A DNA stretch of 64,000 bases, taken from NCBI RefSeq assembly GCF_040938485.1, contig NW_027272210.1:1-64000 (forward strand), given 5' to 3'. Position 1 is the first letter of the stretch. Each line of letters opens with the position of its first letter. The position numbers and the translations under genes are program-made. This DNA is from Diadema antillarum (Eukaryota). The notes below the pieces were generated by a model. That model worked only from the letters and a program-made list of their open reading frames with translations, was not told the DNA's origin and did not search any database. Shown here piece after piece: positions 46,445-60,025 of this stretch.

Positions 46445-49264
46445 ATGGAAGACATGTATATGACATATTATACATGTATAAGTATTGACGTACATATAGT
46501 TATGGAAATAACACTTATGGCCGTGTCTTTCTTCATCCCTTCCCCCACCCCCCCCCCCCCCAAAAAAAGTGTTTTACTTTTTTCTTGTATACTATGATGA
46601 TGTTGTTATCAATATACTCTCCTTAACCATGACTTGGCAAATGTCATATTGGAGAGACACAAAGATGTTGTGTAGACATTTTCGTTTGGGGCACATTATG
46701 CCGGAGAAAAATATAACATACGATCCCTTGGTGTGCAAGCTCAATTTCCAACAAGCAATAAGTGCATTTCCACTGCTTACAAAAGGAATAAGTTAAGATT
46801 CTTGCTTAAGGTTTGCTTGTCACCTGATTAAACCCGGAAGTGGCACAAATTAGTGAAATCAAGCCGGAGCAACAACAATTTCGAAAATCAAAAGTAAAAA
46901 AAAAAAGTAACATACTGTGTTGCATAAGAAGTTTGTAAATAAATCTTTAACTTTTAGGAAAAAATATTAAAACTTAAGGCTTCTATAATATCACTATTAT
47001 CAAGAGAATTCCAGAATTTGGGTCCAGAAGAGGAGAATAAAGATTTTGCAAAAACCGTAGTCAAAGGCAAATGATATATATGGGATTGACGGGTTGAATA
47101 TGCATGAACAGTATATGTGCGTGTGTGTGTGAGTGCGTGTGTGTGTGTGTGTGTACACGATTCATTGGATCACGATGATTGTTTTTCTCTTCAAAGAAAA
47201 CAGAGGGAAATTCATGTTGATTTCATCATGATGGGGATCACCGGGTATCCAAAGTCGGCATCATTGGAGCGAAATTAATGAGGGAGGAGGGTGGGGGGTG
47301 GGGTGGGGGTGGGGGGGGGGGGGCAGGGTTCCACCTCAAATCGCCCCCCAATCGTTTGAAACGATTTGAATTGAAAATAAACTTGTTTTCGATAATGTAT
47401 TACTAGCTTGTGTGCGAGTATTATTCAGATAGGAATGCACGTATGATTACATGTGTGGATCATAATGATTTTTTTTTAATAAATTCTATTCATTTTCTAT
47501 TGAAAATCATGTTTTGTGCTATCGATAGATTTCAACCAATGAAAAGATCTATAATAATCATCATTTACATACCTCTATATCGAGTCAAAACTGCAAACGA
47601 AGGTTTAGCCAAAGAAGACGCAACTATCCGTTGGTCCTCATTTAATTTTTCTGAATATAAGCCTACCACGTTACGCATCACGCATTCATTTTGTCAATTA
47701 CATGTATTTTTTTAATTCCCGTTGTTAACCATTAACTTGTAGACTGTCCTCTTTGAATACAATAATATTACGTCAAGTAGCTTTATTTGCATAAACATCA
47801 GTAAGATGATCCACGAATAGGACGGTCTGTGCAAAGACACAAAATATACAAGACAGACAGACAGGCAAATGACGATATAGAAAAGTATGACGGCACTTCT
47901 GAATAAGACCCACATACTGAAAAGTCCAGTTACTATGTAAAAAGCAGAACAACAGAAGTGGGTTAGGGTCGACATCGACTAACAATGACACTCCATATAA
48001 CCATTTGTCATGATATTACAGCGAATGCGCAAATGTGACATTTTAGTGACCTAGTTATGCAAGTACCTGTTATATACAAGAAAATTCAACGAATATCTTT
48101 CAAATTGTTCAAAATCAATTTCAAACTGTACATCGTAATAGATGGTAGATGGAAAATTGGCACATATCAAAATCAGAGTCACCGTGCGTGCACTAAGGGT
48201 ATTCTCTGCTCTGAAACAAAGATGATAATCTATATAGCTACTGCTGGTATAACGATTTTTGAAGACAGGAGACGTAATAGGAACGATAATGATTTCAATT
48301 TCAATTTCAATTTCGCATGGCAACAACAGAGCAGTATATACAGCACAACACCCATATATACATGATAGAAAAGAATGTTCATGAACTTATCTACGGAGTG
48401 TAACTGTACGTCATAATTTGCATTTGAAGAATGATAATGATAAACAACATGTGACTTCAGGGGAGTGATATCGATAAGAAAAACAATATCGACTTCTTGT
48501 AGGCCTACAGAACCTAATAATTATAACATCAAACATTACATGTATATTCATTGCTGCATGTTTTCATTTAAATGTGATTGCTCTCAGCTTGTTTGCCACT
48601 GACTATTTAAAGAATTACTTTCTTTTTGTACAATTAGGATTCGGTTGCATTTCCTCCCTGCCCTTGTTGTCTCACTAAGATGTACTTCCGATGCAGTGCC
48701 ACGAATTAATCAATATAAACTGTAACATCAAAGTTTTAATAGGATTATTGTTCAAATTCTGATAAACAACAGCATTCTCAGCGGAAGCCCATTTCAGTGT
48801 GTTATTGAAAATATTTATCGATCATGTCATTCTCTTATCAATGAAATTGTTTATATAGCGATTCCATCAATGCTAAACCAGACCAACATGTAATTTACCT
48901 GCACAATAAACACCTCAAGAAAGTACCAATACACATTTTCTCCCCTTACATTTGACATAAGGTATTCCATGTAAATGAATACCAGCTCTACCCCGGGTCC
49001 CAGACTCCAATCAGAGTCAAGCTCTTCTTTTGATGTTCACGAAATTGTTTTGTTCCCTGCTATTTATAGTCCAGGCAATATCGCTATTATGCTTTATGTT
49101 ATCACGAGCAGTGTCACGGTTTTTAGGAAGCAATTCTAACATTAATTTGTATATTCCTCTTTCTTTGCATCGTATATCTTGTATCTATTTGTTACATGCA
49201 TTCTATCTGGAAAAGCAGCCACAATAAGAAATAAAACCAAACCATACACAAACTACAAATAGTA

Positions 49265-51017
49265 TTACACTCTCAGTCTAGATTCATAAAGTTCGTCATA
49301 GTATTTCATAACTGCATCCGTGCATCTGATGACGTCAGGAGTCACATGGTCCCGAGAAGGCATGGGACCCGGAGGCCCAAATGTCCCGGTCGTTAATGCC
49401 CTGTCGTAGAAACATTTGATGCTTTCGATTAAATCCGCTCCGGCCACATTCCATTTACCGGTCAACGACATGGACGCGTTCCACTTTAACAATGATTCGT
49501 CGTAAGGTAGCCCGATAGCTTCGCAGTATTTCGGCAACAGTTCGGCCGGATTCGACAACAGGTCGTCAGCATCGATCACGATCGGGTCACGGTCGAGGTT
49601 CTCGCGAACGTACTTCCAGAGTTCGTAGAGCTCCCCGAAAGCCAGCTTGGAGGGATCCATGAATATATAGTCCCGTCCTACATCTACAGTTTTCTCGTCC
49701 AACGATTCACCGCAGATCATGCCCAGCTCACTAAACCGTGTGTAGGTCGCCTTGCGTAGTGAGTTGAACACTCGGAGAGGATGTCTGATGAGAAATGTGT
49801 GCTTGTACCCTTTGGGCAGAAATTCAAAGTTACAGCTTTTCATCGCGGTTGCCATATCCTTGACGAAAACATGTATGCCTGTAGAACGCTCAAGGAAACG
49901 CTGGATGGATGCGTATCTGTAAAGAAAATTTAAGTTCACACGTTGATCACGATGTGGCGCCCTCAGACTTCTAAGAACTAAGGTCAATTTTTAAAGTGTT
50001 TATGAAGGTTAAAATATTATAGAAATTGTGTTTGTCATGAAAATTTTGTCTGTTAATGTTTTGGGTATTTTTCGAACGGCCAAAAGTGTGTGTGTGTGTG
50101 GGGGGTGGGGGGGGGATCTGCCGCAATCCAATCCCCCCACCCGTTCCGTGGCCCCTGTATGCCAGTGCATGGAACATGAATTGAAAGTAACGCAGTTGAA
50201 AAACCAGTGATTTAACTTTTTGTCTGTTTTTGAGGGGGTTGTTGTTTGTTCATGCCACATAACATCTATAATCACATGCATCATATAAGTATAATCATTA
50301 AGCAAAATCAAACCAGGCCATTTGTGATCCCTCTCCCACCCCCATCTCCCCCCCCCCCCCCGCCTGCACCCGATTTTCCCTTTGTGAGTAAATCTTTGAA
50401 AAACGGTTATTTTAGCCGTTTTGTCACAAAGATATGTACATGATATTCTTGAAAAATAAAATCAGTTGTAGAAATAGATTGAAATTAAAATTGGAGTTAT
50501 CTGTGAATCATCATCCAAACCGCATATAATGTTAAGATCTACTAAGATTTGATACCGTCTGATTAGTAACTGATTGCTTTTCAGGCATGTCATATAGCTT
50601 ATCCGAAGACGATGTCGCATAAGTCAGGATTGGGGCACGTGGGTTGGGTGTGTATTAAGCTACTTACGACAAGTGTTGAGGCTTGAGGGCATTCCATCGC
50701 CTGACTGCCTGTAAATAGTCCGCTGCTTGCTGATAGAGGTCTTCGTTTCCTTCGTATTCCTTCGGGATCGTTAGGTTGCGGTCCCTGGCAATCACGGTTT
50801 CCGTGCCTAGGCAGTAGAAGTAAGGTTCGAACCACACCTCGATGCCGTCGATGGCGGAAAAACACTTCGTTACCGCACTAGAGATGGTGCGCGGAACGCA
50901 CCACATGATGGTACGGCTCCGTGCCTCGGGAGGAGTTCCACCGCCGGGGTCGGACCCCGTATTTGCAGTTAATGTAGCCACACATGACGGCGGTATTCCT
51001 TTATTGGAGGACTCCAT
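49265..51017 (-). CDS. Sulfotransferase-like P-loop-fold protein, copy A (Sulfotransfer_5 / 'BCAT-like protein N-terminal domain' family), 333 aa
   Basis: complement join(50668..51017,49265..49916); donor TC|GTAAGT, acceptor ttacag|A. Motifs IMWCVPRTISSAVTKC (5'-PSB-like), VWFEP, VFVKDMA, HTFLIRHPLRVFNS (3'-PB-like), PIVIDADDLLSNP..LPKYCEAIGLPYDESLLKW. Family assignment is from motif recall. Confidence 0.85.
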
Positions 51018-52029
51018 ATTGAAATTTAGATTATCTTTGTATTTCGAAAAAGTCTGAAAACATTGCCAATGCGTCTGCAGTCACAAGACACAGCGTTATT
51101 GTCATGAGATTAGGTCCTATGCGTTACACGCATCACGCGGAGGAATCGTTGCAGAACTTACTCAATTAGTATTGCTTGCCGTGACTGTCTGTATTGACGA
51201 TTGCGAGTTACATTGAAATCATTATCAGTATAAACATAATCAATGAGAGAGGTCTTTGTCACTCAAGTGCACCTGAGAGTGAACCTTAGCACCGCTCACA
51301 GCGATTAAAGAGCAATTTCCACACCATGAACATTTGGGTTCTGATAAAAAAAAAGTTGTCGCTGCCTCTACTTTAAAGACCTGTGAAAATGGTTTAAGAC
51401 TTATGGAGTAGCTATATGGGTTGAGTCTTTTACATTTTATGATTTTCCACTTTAGAAAGTTTTCGACGACTGCTGAAACTTTATCTTCCAGAAAAATGAA
51501 TAGTTTGTCACATTATATTTCAAGGAGATACACTATGACATATTGTAAACTGATGTAAGTGCATTCTGTGACTTAAACATTTATGTTAAGGTTTCTGTAT
51601 GCACGAGATTTCTTCTTTTTTTCTACTGTTGTTGATCAGGAGATGTATATTACGAATGTAAAATGCGGAAACTCAAGAAACAAAACGAAATGAAGTGAAA
51701 ATGATACACTGTTTTCAAAATCATTAGACTGACAGCATATAGGAGATCATCTCTGTTTCAAAGCAGAATAAACAACCTTTATGCATGCGGCTCTAGTTTT
51801 TCAGGTGCCAACTTTCCTTTAACATCTAACATAGCATGCTTAACTGATTATTTATGAAAATATCACATTTGAAAGCAATTCCTTGAATTCGCATTACATT
51901 GAATATCAAGAAAGTAAATGGTTACGGAGTCGTCATGTTTATCAAGGTCGACTGTCATCCACTATAATTGATATTTTTCTTCACCGCTTTTCATTTTTTC
52001 TCTTTCATTTATGTCTTACCTCAATGTCA

Positions 52030-52483
52030 AAATGTCCACCAAATTTGATTTTAATTGCTTCAAAATTGTGGAAGCAGTTCACTCCACAAGATTCTCAAGA
52101 AAATATACAATTACCATGGCAACGCCTTGTCGGGTACAAATACAAAGTGTGTCTTGCATAACTACACCTATAGATCATTATACATACCAAATTTGAAAAA
52201 TAAATTGCTTAAATACTGTGGAAGTATAGTTCGCTCTACGAGGTTTTTGGGAAAATTGTGGTTACCATGCCAACACTTTCTCCGACAAACACACAAAAAA
52301 GACATGTCTTGCACATCTACACCTCAATGTCATCATGTACTCTAAGTTTCATCTGAGTTGCTTCAAAACTGTAGAAGGACTTAGCGACGCAAGATTTGCA
52401 ACGGACAGCCCGACAGACCGACCGACCGCCCGACCGACTGCACGCTGATTCCTATATACCCTTCGTGTATGCGGGGATATAAT
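52030..52483 (+). mobile_element. HINE-like element (degenerate, 5' end uncertain)
   Basis: Three ~155-bp degenerate units, (GACC)n microsatellite, terminal CCTATATACCC..GGGGATATAAT hairpin. Confidence 0.5.
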
Positions 52484-53399
52484 GAAAAAGTAACAGAATT
52501 TTATAAATTCACAAGCTTCCACAAAAGAGTGACTTTGGTGACAAACACACATGGAAAATTGGAATAGTTGATGATGTCATAGTCTTCCATTGACCAGCGC
52601 ATCAATTTCACCAGTTTCCCTTTTTGACATGAAATCTATTAAAATGATTTCTGTTGTCTCGTCAAATTGTAGTAGTTTTGAACTAACCCATCATCGGTGG
52701 CTTCTTTAGGTGTAAAGGGGTTGCAGTCAATAAATCGTGACCTGAAAACAAGATTTAGATATAGTTTACGCACGGATGACATTGTTTCTTCTAATTGAAC
52801 AGCGTGTGTGTGCTTTTGCATGCGATCAATGCCACTGTTCGATGAAAACGTGTAAAACTTTGAAATCTCATAGTTTCATTGCGTTAGTGCCGAATGGGAT
52901 GAAACTTTTTTCATTGTGTTTGTCTGCTGATACTTTATTCATGAAAGTCAGCTTCAAATTGGCGTTAATTCGACTTAAAGAGTTCGAGTAAATCAGACAA
53001 ATAAAATGAAACAACTTTGATTAAAATCGGACATGATGTTAGAAAGTTATAGACTCTAATTTGGTACGAGTGTTTTAACCCAATGGTCATAATCAGAAGC
53101 AACCAGTGTTTTTCTTGGTTCCAAGCAGAAAATAGTCAAGACAGAAACAAAACAAAAAAAGTCATCTCTCTTAATCAATCAAACTTCAAAGTGACTGATC
53201 AAGCAATACTGCATAAAGTGCGAATAACCGTACTTATTATCACATAGTCCATGCAATATTATGTTATTTTTTTCAACATTAATATATTCTGTGGTAACTG
53301 CTTTTACGGAATTGACAAGCGAGTTCTATCTTGTTCCTTTGTTACTCTATAGCTAGAGAAAGTTTTACGCATGGTGATACAGAAGCAAATAGTATTATA

Positions 53400-55177
53400 C
53401 TACACTTTTAGTCTTGATTGATAAAGTTCGTCGTAGTATTTCATGACTGTATCCGTGCATCTGATGACGTCAGGAGTCACATGATCCCGAGAAGGCATGG
53501 GACCCGGAGGCGCAAATATCCCAGTCGTTAATGCCCTGCCGTAGAAATCCTTGATGCTCCCCAGCAAATCCTCTCCGGCGACATTCCATTTCTCGGTCAA
53601 CGCCATGGACGCGTCCCACTTTAACAAGGATTCGTCGTAAGGTAGCCCGATCGCTTCGCAGTACTTCGGCAACAGTTCGGCCGGATTCGACAACAGGTCG
53701 TCGGCATCGATCACGATCGGGTCACTGTCGAGATTCTCGCGAACGTACTTCCAGAGTTCGTAGAGCTCACCGAAAGCCAGCTGGGAGGGATCCATGAAGA
53801 TATAGTCCCGTCCTACATCAAAAGTTTTCTCTTCTGAAGATTCACCGCGGAGCATTCCCATCTCACCAAACGTTGTGTAGGTCGCCTTTCGGAGCGAGGT
53901 GAACACTCGGAGAGGGTGTCTTATCAGAAATGTGTGCTTGTATCCTTTTGGCAGAAATTCAAAGTTACAGCTTTTCATACCGGTCCCCATATCCTTGACG
54001 AAAACATGCTTGCCAGTAGAATGCTCGAGGAAACTCTTGATAGACGCGTATCTGCGAAGAAAATTTCAGGTAAAACAACATGATTATTCGTTAAGAAATA
54101 ATGAAGATTTTTTTTCAAGCGCTTAGGCCTATAACAGTTACATGGAAAATGTGTAAATAATCTAAATTTCGTCTCTCGAGAAGACGTTCAAGAAAGATAA
54201 ACAAAGTAACAAGTTTAATAGATTGATATCAATGGGCTGTGTGACTCGTAGGTGTCAGTCTCGTGAAGTGCACCCATTTTCTTATACCTTAAGTTCAATT
54301 TTACTGAAACTGCGACAATTCTGCTCATCTGATTTTTATTCTGTTCATGGCAGTTAATTTTACAATATTGAGGAAAATCCTCTTTCCTCTCGAACAGATG
54401 TAAAGGAGCTGAGGCCTAGATAGTAGGTATGGTCAATCCACGTTGCGGAGTGACAACTGCATCAGTTTGATTTGCTGTTGTTTCGGGGTGTCTTCTTTTT
54501 TATTCTTTTTATTTTTACTCCGCTTATTATTATTATTATTATTGAAATTTCGGGAGACGTTCTAATGATAAAACTGGGAGGAAAATGAATATCTTTGTAA
54601 ATACATAAATACATAAATACATAAATAAGTAGAACGTTTGAAATTTTTTTCCCTTTATGAATTTCGTGCATCATCTTGCAATCATCATTAAGACAACCAC
54701 TTGTCAAGGTCAATTATGATACCACCTGATCAATTGATTGTTTTTTCATGTCACCATAAAGGAAGACGGGGTATAGCAGTGAGAATGGAGTCTGTGTATT
54801 GGGTGTATCATTCTTCTGAGGCACACTTACGACAAGTGTTGAGGCTTGAGGGCGTTGCATCTCCAGAGACCTCGAAGATAGTCCGCTGCCTGCTGGAAGA
54901 GGTTTTCGTTCCCTTCGTATTCCTTCGGGATCGTTAGGTTGAGGTCGCTGGCACTCACTGTCTCTGTAGCCAGGCAGTAGAAGTAAGGTTCGAACCACAC
55001 CTCGATTCCGTCGATGGCGGAAAAACACTTCGTCACGGCACTGGAGATGGTGCGCGGAACGCACCACATGATGGTACGGCTCTGATCGGAAGGAGTTCCG
55101 CCGAGACCGGGTCCTATACCAGCTGCAGTTGGTGTAGTCACATGTGACGGCAATACTCTTTTGTCAGAGGACTCCAT
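53400..55177 (-). CDS. Sulfotransferase-like P-loop-fold protein, copy B, 332 aa
   Basis: complement join(54831..55177,53400..54051); same phase-2 intron as copy A; TAG stop; intact frame. Confidence 0.85.
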
Positions 55178-56677
55178 ATTGAAATGTAGAATATCTTTTA
55201 AATCAGCTCTCGTTGCTCTATAAAAAAAACCCCCAAAACAACCCATATATATTGCGAATGCGTGCGATCACAAGACACAACGTATCGCTTTTTAGGAATT
55301 ATTGCGACATTTACACTCGTCAAGGTAGAGGACCGAATCATGACAGAGGTTCTTGAGTTATTGCTTGCTCAATGATAACGGTATAGACCCTATGTAGACA
55401 AGCCCGTCTTGTAATGAAATCATGTTTGCACTTGTCAATGACAGAGATGTTTTTTTACAAGTGCACCTCAGAGTGAACTTTACCACAGCTTATAACAATT
55501 CCACGTCTTAAGCATTATGGCTATGAGAGAGAGTAAAATCAATAGCGATCACTGCCCTTCTAGCGCAAATTTAATATTGCTTGCACTTTGAACAGTGTAA
55601 GCTTGATCAGTCGCTTTGAGTGTTGGTAGACCGGTTTGTTTTGTTTTGCTTTTGTTTCTGTTTGTTTTGTTTTGTTGGGGTGTTTTTTTTTTTTTTTTTT
55701 TTTGCTGCTGCTTTGAAAAAAAAAGAGAGAAATATCGTCATTTTCCATTCTGTAACTACCTCGACAATCCCCTATACAGTCAAAGTTGATGTCCCTGTCA
55801 ATGTCAGTGTCCATGTGTATGTCCCTGTCTTTGTGTCTGTTTTTGACTGTCTATATCTCTACCTTTGCCCTTGTCCTTACGTCGGTTTTGTATTTTTTAT
55901 TTGCTATGATACTGCATATTATGGAATATCAAAATTATTTGTATTGAGGGCACACTCGTCGCAAGTTTTTGCGCTTCTAGAGATGTGCCGCAGTATTTTC
56001 AAATTGATCGCATGTTACTTATACTTATATGTATCTATATTTGCAGGAAATAAATGTCATTGAACCATGAATCATGAACCATGAGTATTCTGTGAAAAAA
56101 AGTGATACTCAAAATTTGCACAACTTTTTTATTTCCTGACCGATTATATTCGACTGATTCGCTCTATCTGTATTCATAATGGTGAAAGTGTCAGTGAGAG
56201 ACTATGGCGTTAACATCATCCCGTTTTCCATACACATTGCGACTACTAGGCCTACACAGTTTTGTGTGGCAATGCGTGAAACTTTTGAATTTCTGTAACT
56301 TTTTTATTTTTTATGTAATTCTGATGCAAAAGTCTGCCATATTTCTCTGTTCGCCGGCTTCTCTCTAACTTTTAAAGTCCTATTCCATGCCACTGTGAAG
56401 TTGACTTTCATTAAAAGAAGATTTAATTGTGATCTATACTCTTTTCATCAAAGGCAAATTGTGGAATTGCGCTTTAAAGTAAACTTGAACGCTGTATGTG
56501 TGGAATCGCATTTTCAAAAGCTGGTTCCCAAGTCCAAGCCTTGATCACGACCAATGTTTACTCTATTAAAAAAAAAAGAAAAACAGTTCTCCCTTTCCTG
56601 TTCTGTCTCTCTCTCTGTCTCTCGATCAGCCTGATACATGCTTGAAGAAAGAAAGGAAGAAAGAGTTACAGAGGGAG

Positions 56678-56842
56678 NNNNNNNNNNNNNNNNNNNNNNN
56701 NNNNNNNNNNNNNNNNNNNNNNNNNNNNNNNNNNNNNNNNNNNNNNNNNNNNNNNNNNNNNNNNNNNNNNNNNNNNNNNNNNNNNNNNNNNNNNNNNNNN
56801 NNNNNNNNNNNNNNNNNNNNNNNNNNNNNNNNNNNNNNNNNN
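56678..56842. other. Assembly gap / masked run (165 N)
   Basis: N run. Confidence 0.99.
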
Positions 56843-56951
56843 TAGATGAAGATATAATAGATGTTAATAATTCCTCCCGCTAACTCACTCTTCCTCTTCA
56901 GCCACTTTTTCACTGAACAATATTACATGTATTTTACATGTATCAAACTGA

Positions 56952-56954
<3 letters not shown>

Positions 56955-56999
<45 letters not shown>

Positions 57000-57001
57000 T
57001 G
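56955..57001. repeat. (GT)n microsatellite
   Basis: Visible run. Confidence 0.95.
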
Positions 57002-57245
57002 TTTTTGCGAGGTGAGACGAAGTTTAACTGTCTGAAATATGTTTTTCCCCACTAAATTAATAACAAACTGTAATTGCACGAATCATAATTGGACTAGGCA
57101 AGGACTGGAGAGATGTGCATCAAAGCTTTGAGACGTTTGTCAGTAGGCCTATATTAATTAATCATATAGGTAATGCAAGCATGACACGATCAATCACATT
57201 TCCTTTCAAGTCGCTACGCTGCTTTTCATATTTTTGTCACATCAG

Positions 57246-57384
57246 GGGGGCATTTCATGAAGCGTTTTGTCAGATATTTCGTCTGACAAAATGTTAAAAG
57301 CTACGGAAATCCTTGCACCTGATTGGCTGAGAGCAAAATTTGTCCGACAAGTTGTCGGACAAAAGTGCATCATGAAATGCCCCC
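57246..57384. mobile_element. PIF/Harbinger-type MITE
   Basis: TIR GGGGGCATTTCATGA; 3-bp TSD CAG; decayed sibling at 2555-2698. Confidence 0.72.
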
Positions 57385-58378
57385 CAGAACTCGAAAAAGC
57401 CAAATGACATTAAAAACTGCATGCATTAAAATTACATCGACATTGTCGAATACTCGAAGCAAATGCTTCTGCTAAATTGTTCCATAATGATATGAATATA
57501 ATATAGTTTAAACTTTGATAATATTTTGGTGCAGATTTCATATTGAACTTTCACATAAATAGATATTTGTTATACAAATATTTGCAACAGAGCCAACAAC
57601 GACAAGACGTTATCATTAGATTGTATAGGGAAACAAGTTCGTGGTTATCAGCATAGTTCGCTGGAACGGGGCTTCCTGTCACGTGACACAGTGTTTTCGA
57701 ACTTTGAATGGCGTCTGGTTCAGGAAGAAGAGGACAAACCAACAGCACATTAATAGGGATCTGATCGAAAAGTGGAAATACAATACACAACGATGTCTGA
57801 ATAGCTACGGTACAGCTATGAGAGATATTACAGTTTAATAACGAAAGTAAGCTTCGTGAAACATTGTTTAGTTCAGTTCAGTTCATTTTTATCTTTGATT
57901 TTCATTGTCAATACAGCACTAAAAGTATAAAAATAACAAAACCTTGGAATAATCATATGAACAATACACGCATCAACATACGTTGTATGCAGAATCATAT
58001 CGTACGATGTATGACATAGTAATAATGTAGTACGTTGTATACTCATATACTAAGGCAGCCAATATTGTCTGTCGGATAACAAACAAAACAAAACAAACCG
58101 AAAAATATAAAGCTATAATGTGTTGGTGCGGCCATGCGTATGCGTGTTATTAATTTTCCCTAACGATAATCATTCACTCAATCATTGTAGGATTTGATCA
58201 TTAGTTTTGATGACTAAGATTTCGGCCTAAATGCATGAGTATCACCAGATTTCTCTTTATCGTTTTCCCTCTCAGGGGGTTCTCCAAATTACATGTAGCC
58301 CTCAATAGGCCGGATGCATAAAAGCTAGCAATTAGATAAGATTGAGAACATTATCTATCTATTACAGAACATGAAATC

Positions 58379-58678
58379 AAAGCCCACGAGTTCGACATTG
58401 AAAACAGGTCCATGAGTCATACAGCTCACGAGTTATACAGCCCACGAGTTCGACACTAGGTAAATAAAGCCCAGTTCGACACTAGGTAAAAACAGCCCAC
58501 GAGTTCGATAGATACAACACGGGACTTAATGTGTCGGTCTCGTGGGCCTTGTTAGCTTATTGTCGAACTCATGGGCTGTATGACTCGTGAGCTGTATAAC
58601 TCATGGGCTGTATGACTTGTGAGCTGTATGACTCTCGCGCTGTATGACTCGTGGGTGTCGGTCTCGTGACGTGCACCC
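58379..58678. repeat. Foldback element made of ~16-17-bp repeats
   Basis: Left (A)CAGCCCACGAGTT units are inverted relative to right CTC(G/A)TGGGCTGTATGA units; ends GTGCACCC; a fragment also lies at ~54227-54275. Confidence 0.6.
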
Positions 58679-58827
58679 ACATTAGATGTTAGGATATGGC
58701 TTTAAAATGATCGAATTTGTTACTTTCACTCAATTCAGAGTATAATTATAATTCTTTTGATGATTCTAGGATTATAAAAAAAATGAAGGTGTTTTAACCA
58801 TATCCCCGATTGGAGCACTTTGCGAGA

Positions 58828-58828
<1 letters not shown>

Positions 58829-58874
<46 letters not shown>
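58829..58874. repeat. (GT)n microsatellite
   Basis: Visible run. Confidence 0.95.
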
Positions 58875-58878
<4 letters not shown>

Positions 58879-59071
58879 TTTATTGCAGTGCGTGGTACAC
58901 GAACAAATTAAAACAAGAATGATTTGCTGGGAGCAAAGTAATATGAGTATACTGTTGACTAGAGATCTCCCTCTATCGACAAGGTGTCAACAGCAATGAA
59001 TGTTGAAGCATCTACAGCTCATAAACAAGATCATGATTTTTAGACGAGTGTTTTTGGCAGTCTATTCTTAA

Positions 59072-59443
59072 AGGTATTGTTTACCATTGGGAGCAGTGAT
59101 TTTAAAAAAAATATTCGAGTTATCATATTTTGATGCATATGTGTCTGTCATGTAATTTGTACATGTATCACAAAATATTCTACCAAATATAAATTTTGCA
59201 ATGAAGCCTAAAAAATAAGGAGATATCACTATTTTTCTGATTAAACCATAACTGTAGGCGGTTTAGCCTAGAAACAATTTTATTATAACTATCGTTTACA
59301 TTTTGTATATCTAACAATACTTAACATTGATTGTACTGATTAACATTATTACATTGGTGTCTCCATCCCTATAACTCACATTTTAGAACTATTTTGAAGC
59401 ACTAAAGCTGGGTTTTCGAGTCTGCAAATGGTAAATAATGCCT
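59072..59443. mobile_element. Kolobok-type non-autonomous element
   Basis: TTAA|AGGTATTGTTTACCATT ... AATGGTAAATAATGCCT|TTAA. Confidence 0.7.
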
Positions 59444-60025
59444 TTAAAACTATTTACAGAAGTTGCTGAGATGACGCATTCAGGGAGACTATCCTATTGA
59501 CAATCTCTATTTCCGTAGAAATGCATCCTTTTGGAAAAGTGAAGCTGAGACTTTTCAAGCAAATGTTGTTTTTTTTTGTGTGTGTATGTTTTATTCACAG
59601 AATGAAAGATAACAATCATAGTATAAGCAACGACAAAAAATAAATGAATAAGAAAAAACAGCATATTAAGATACAAAAAATATAAATACTGCAGCATAAA
59701 TTACAAGAGCAAATGTTTTCATAAGGTCCATATGCTGTTTCCAAATAGCCAAAACAACATCATCAACAACAACAAACAGCAAAATAAAAACAAACAAGTC
59801 CCCTCTCTTAATCAACCCAAATTCAAAGTGACTGATGAAGCTAATTCCACTCGATGTGCGAATATTTACGATTATAATCCGTCCTATATTATATTGTCTT
59901 ATCAACAGCAGTGTATTCCGTGGTCACTTATCTTACGGAATTGACAGACTTTTTTTTTTCTTTTCTTTTTTGCATCTATTTGTTACTTTAACAGAAAAAA
60001 CGAAAACAGAAGCAAATAGTGTACA

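Noticed and set aside
46822-46842. CCGGAAGT (ETS-type) motif as a promoter of a hidden gene
   Set aside because: A single 8-mer with no downstream ORF or exon structure that I could support.
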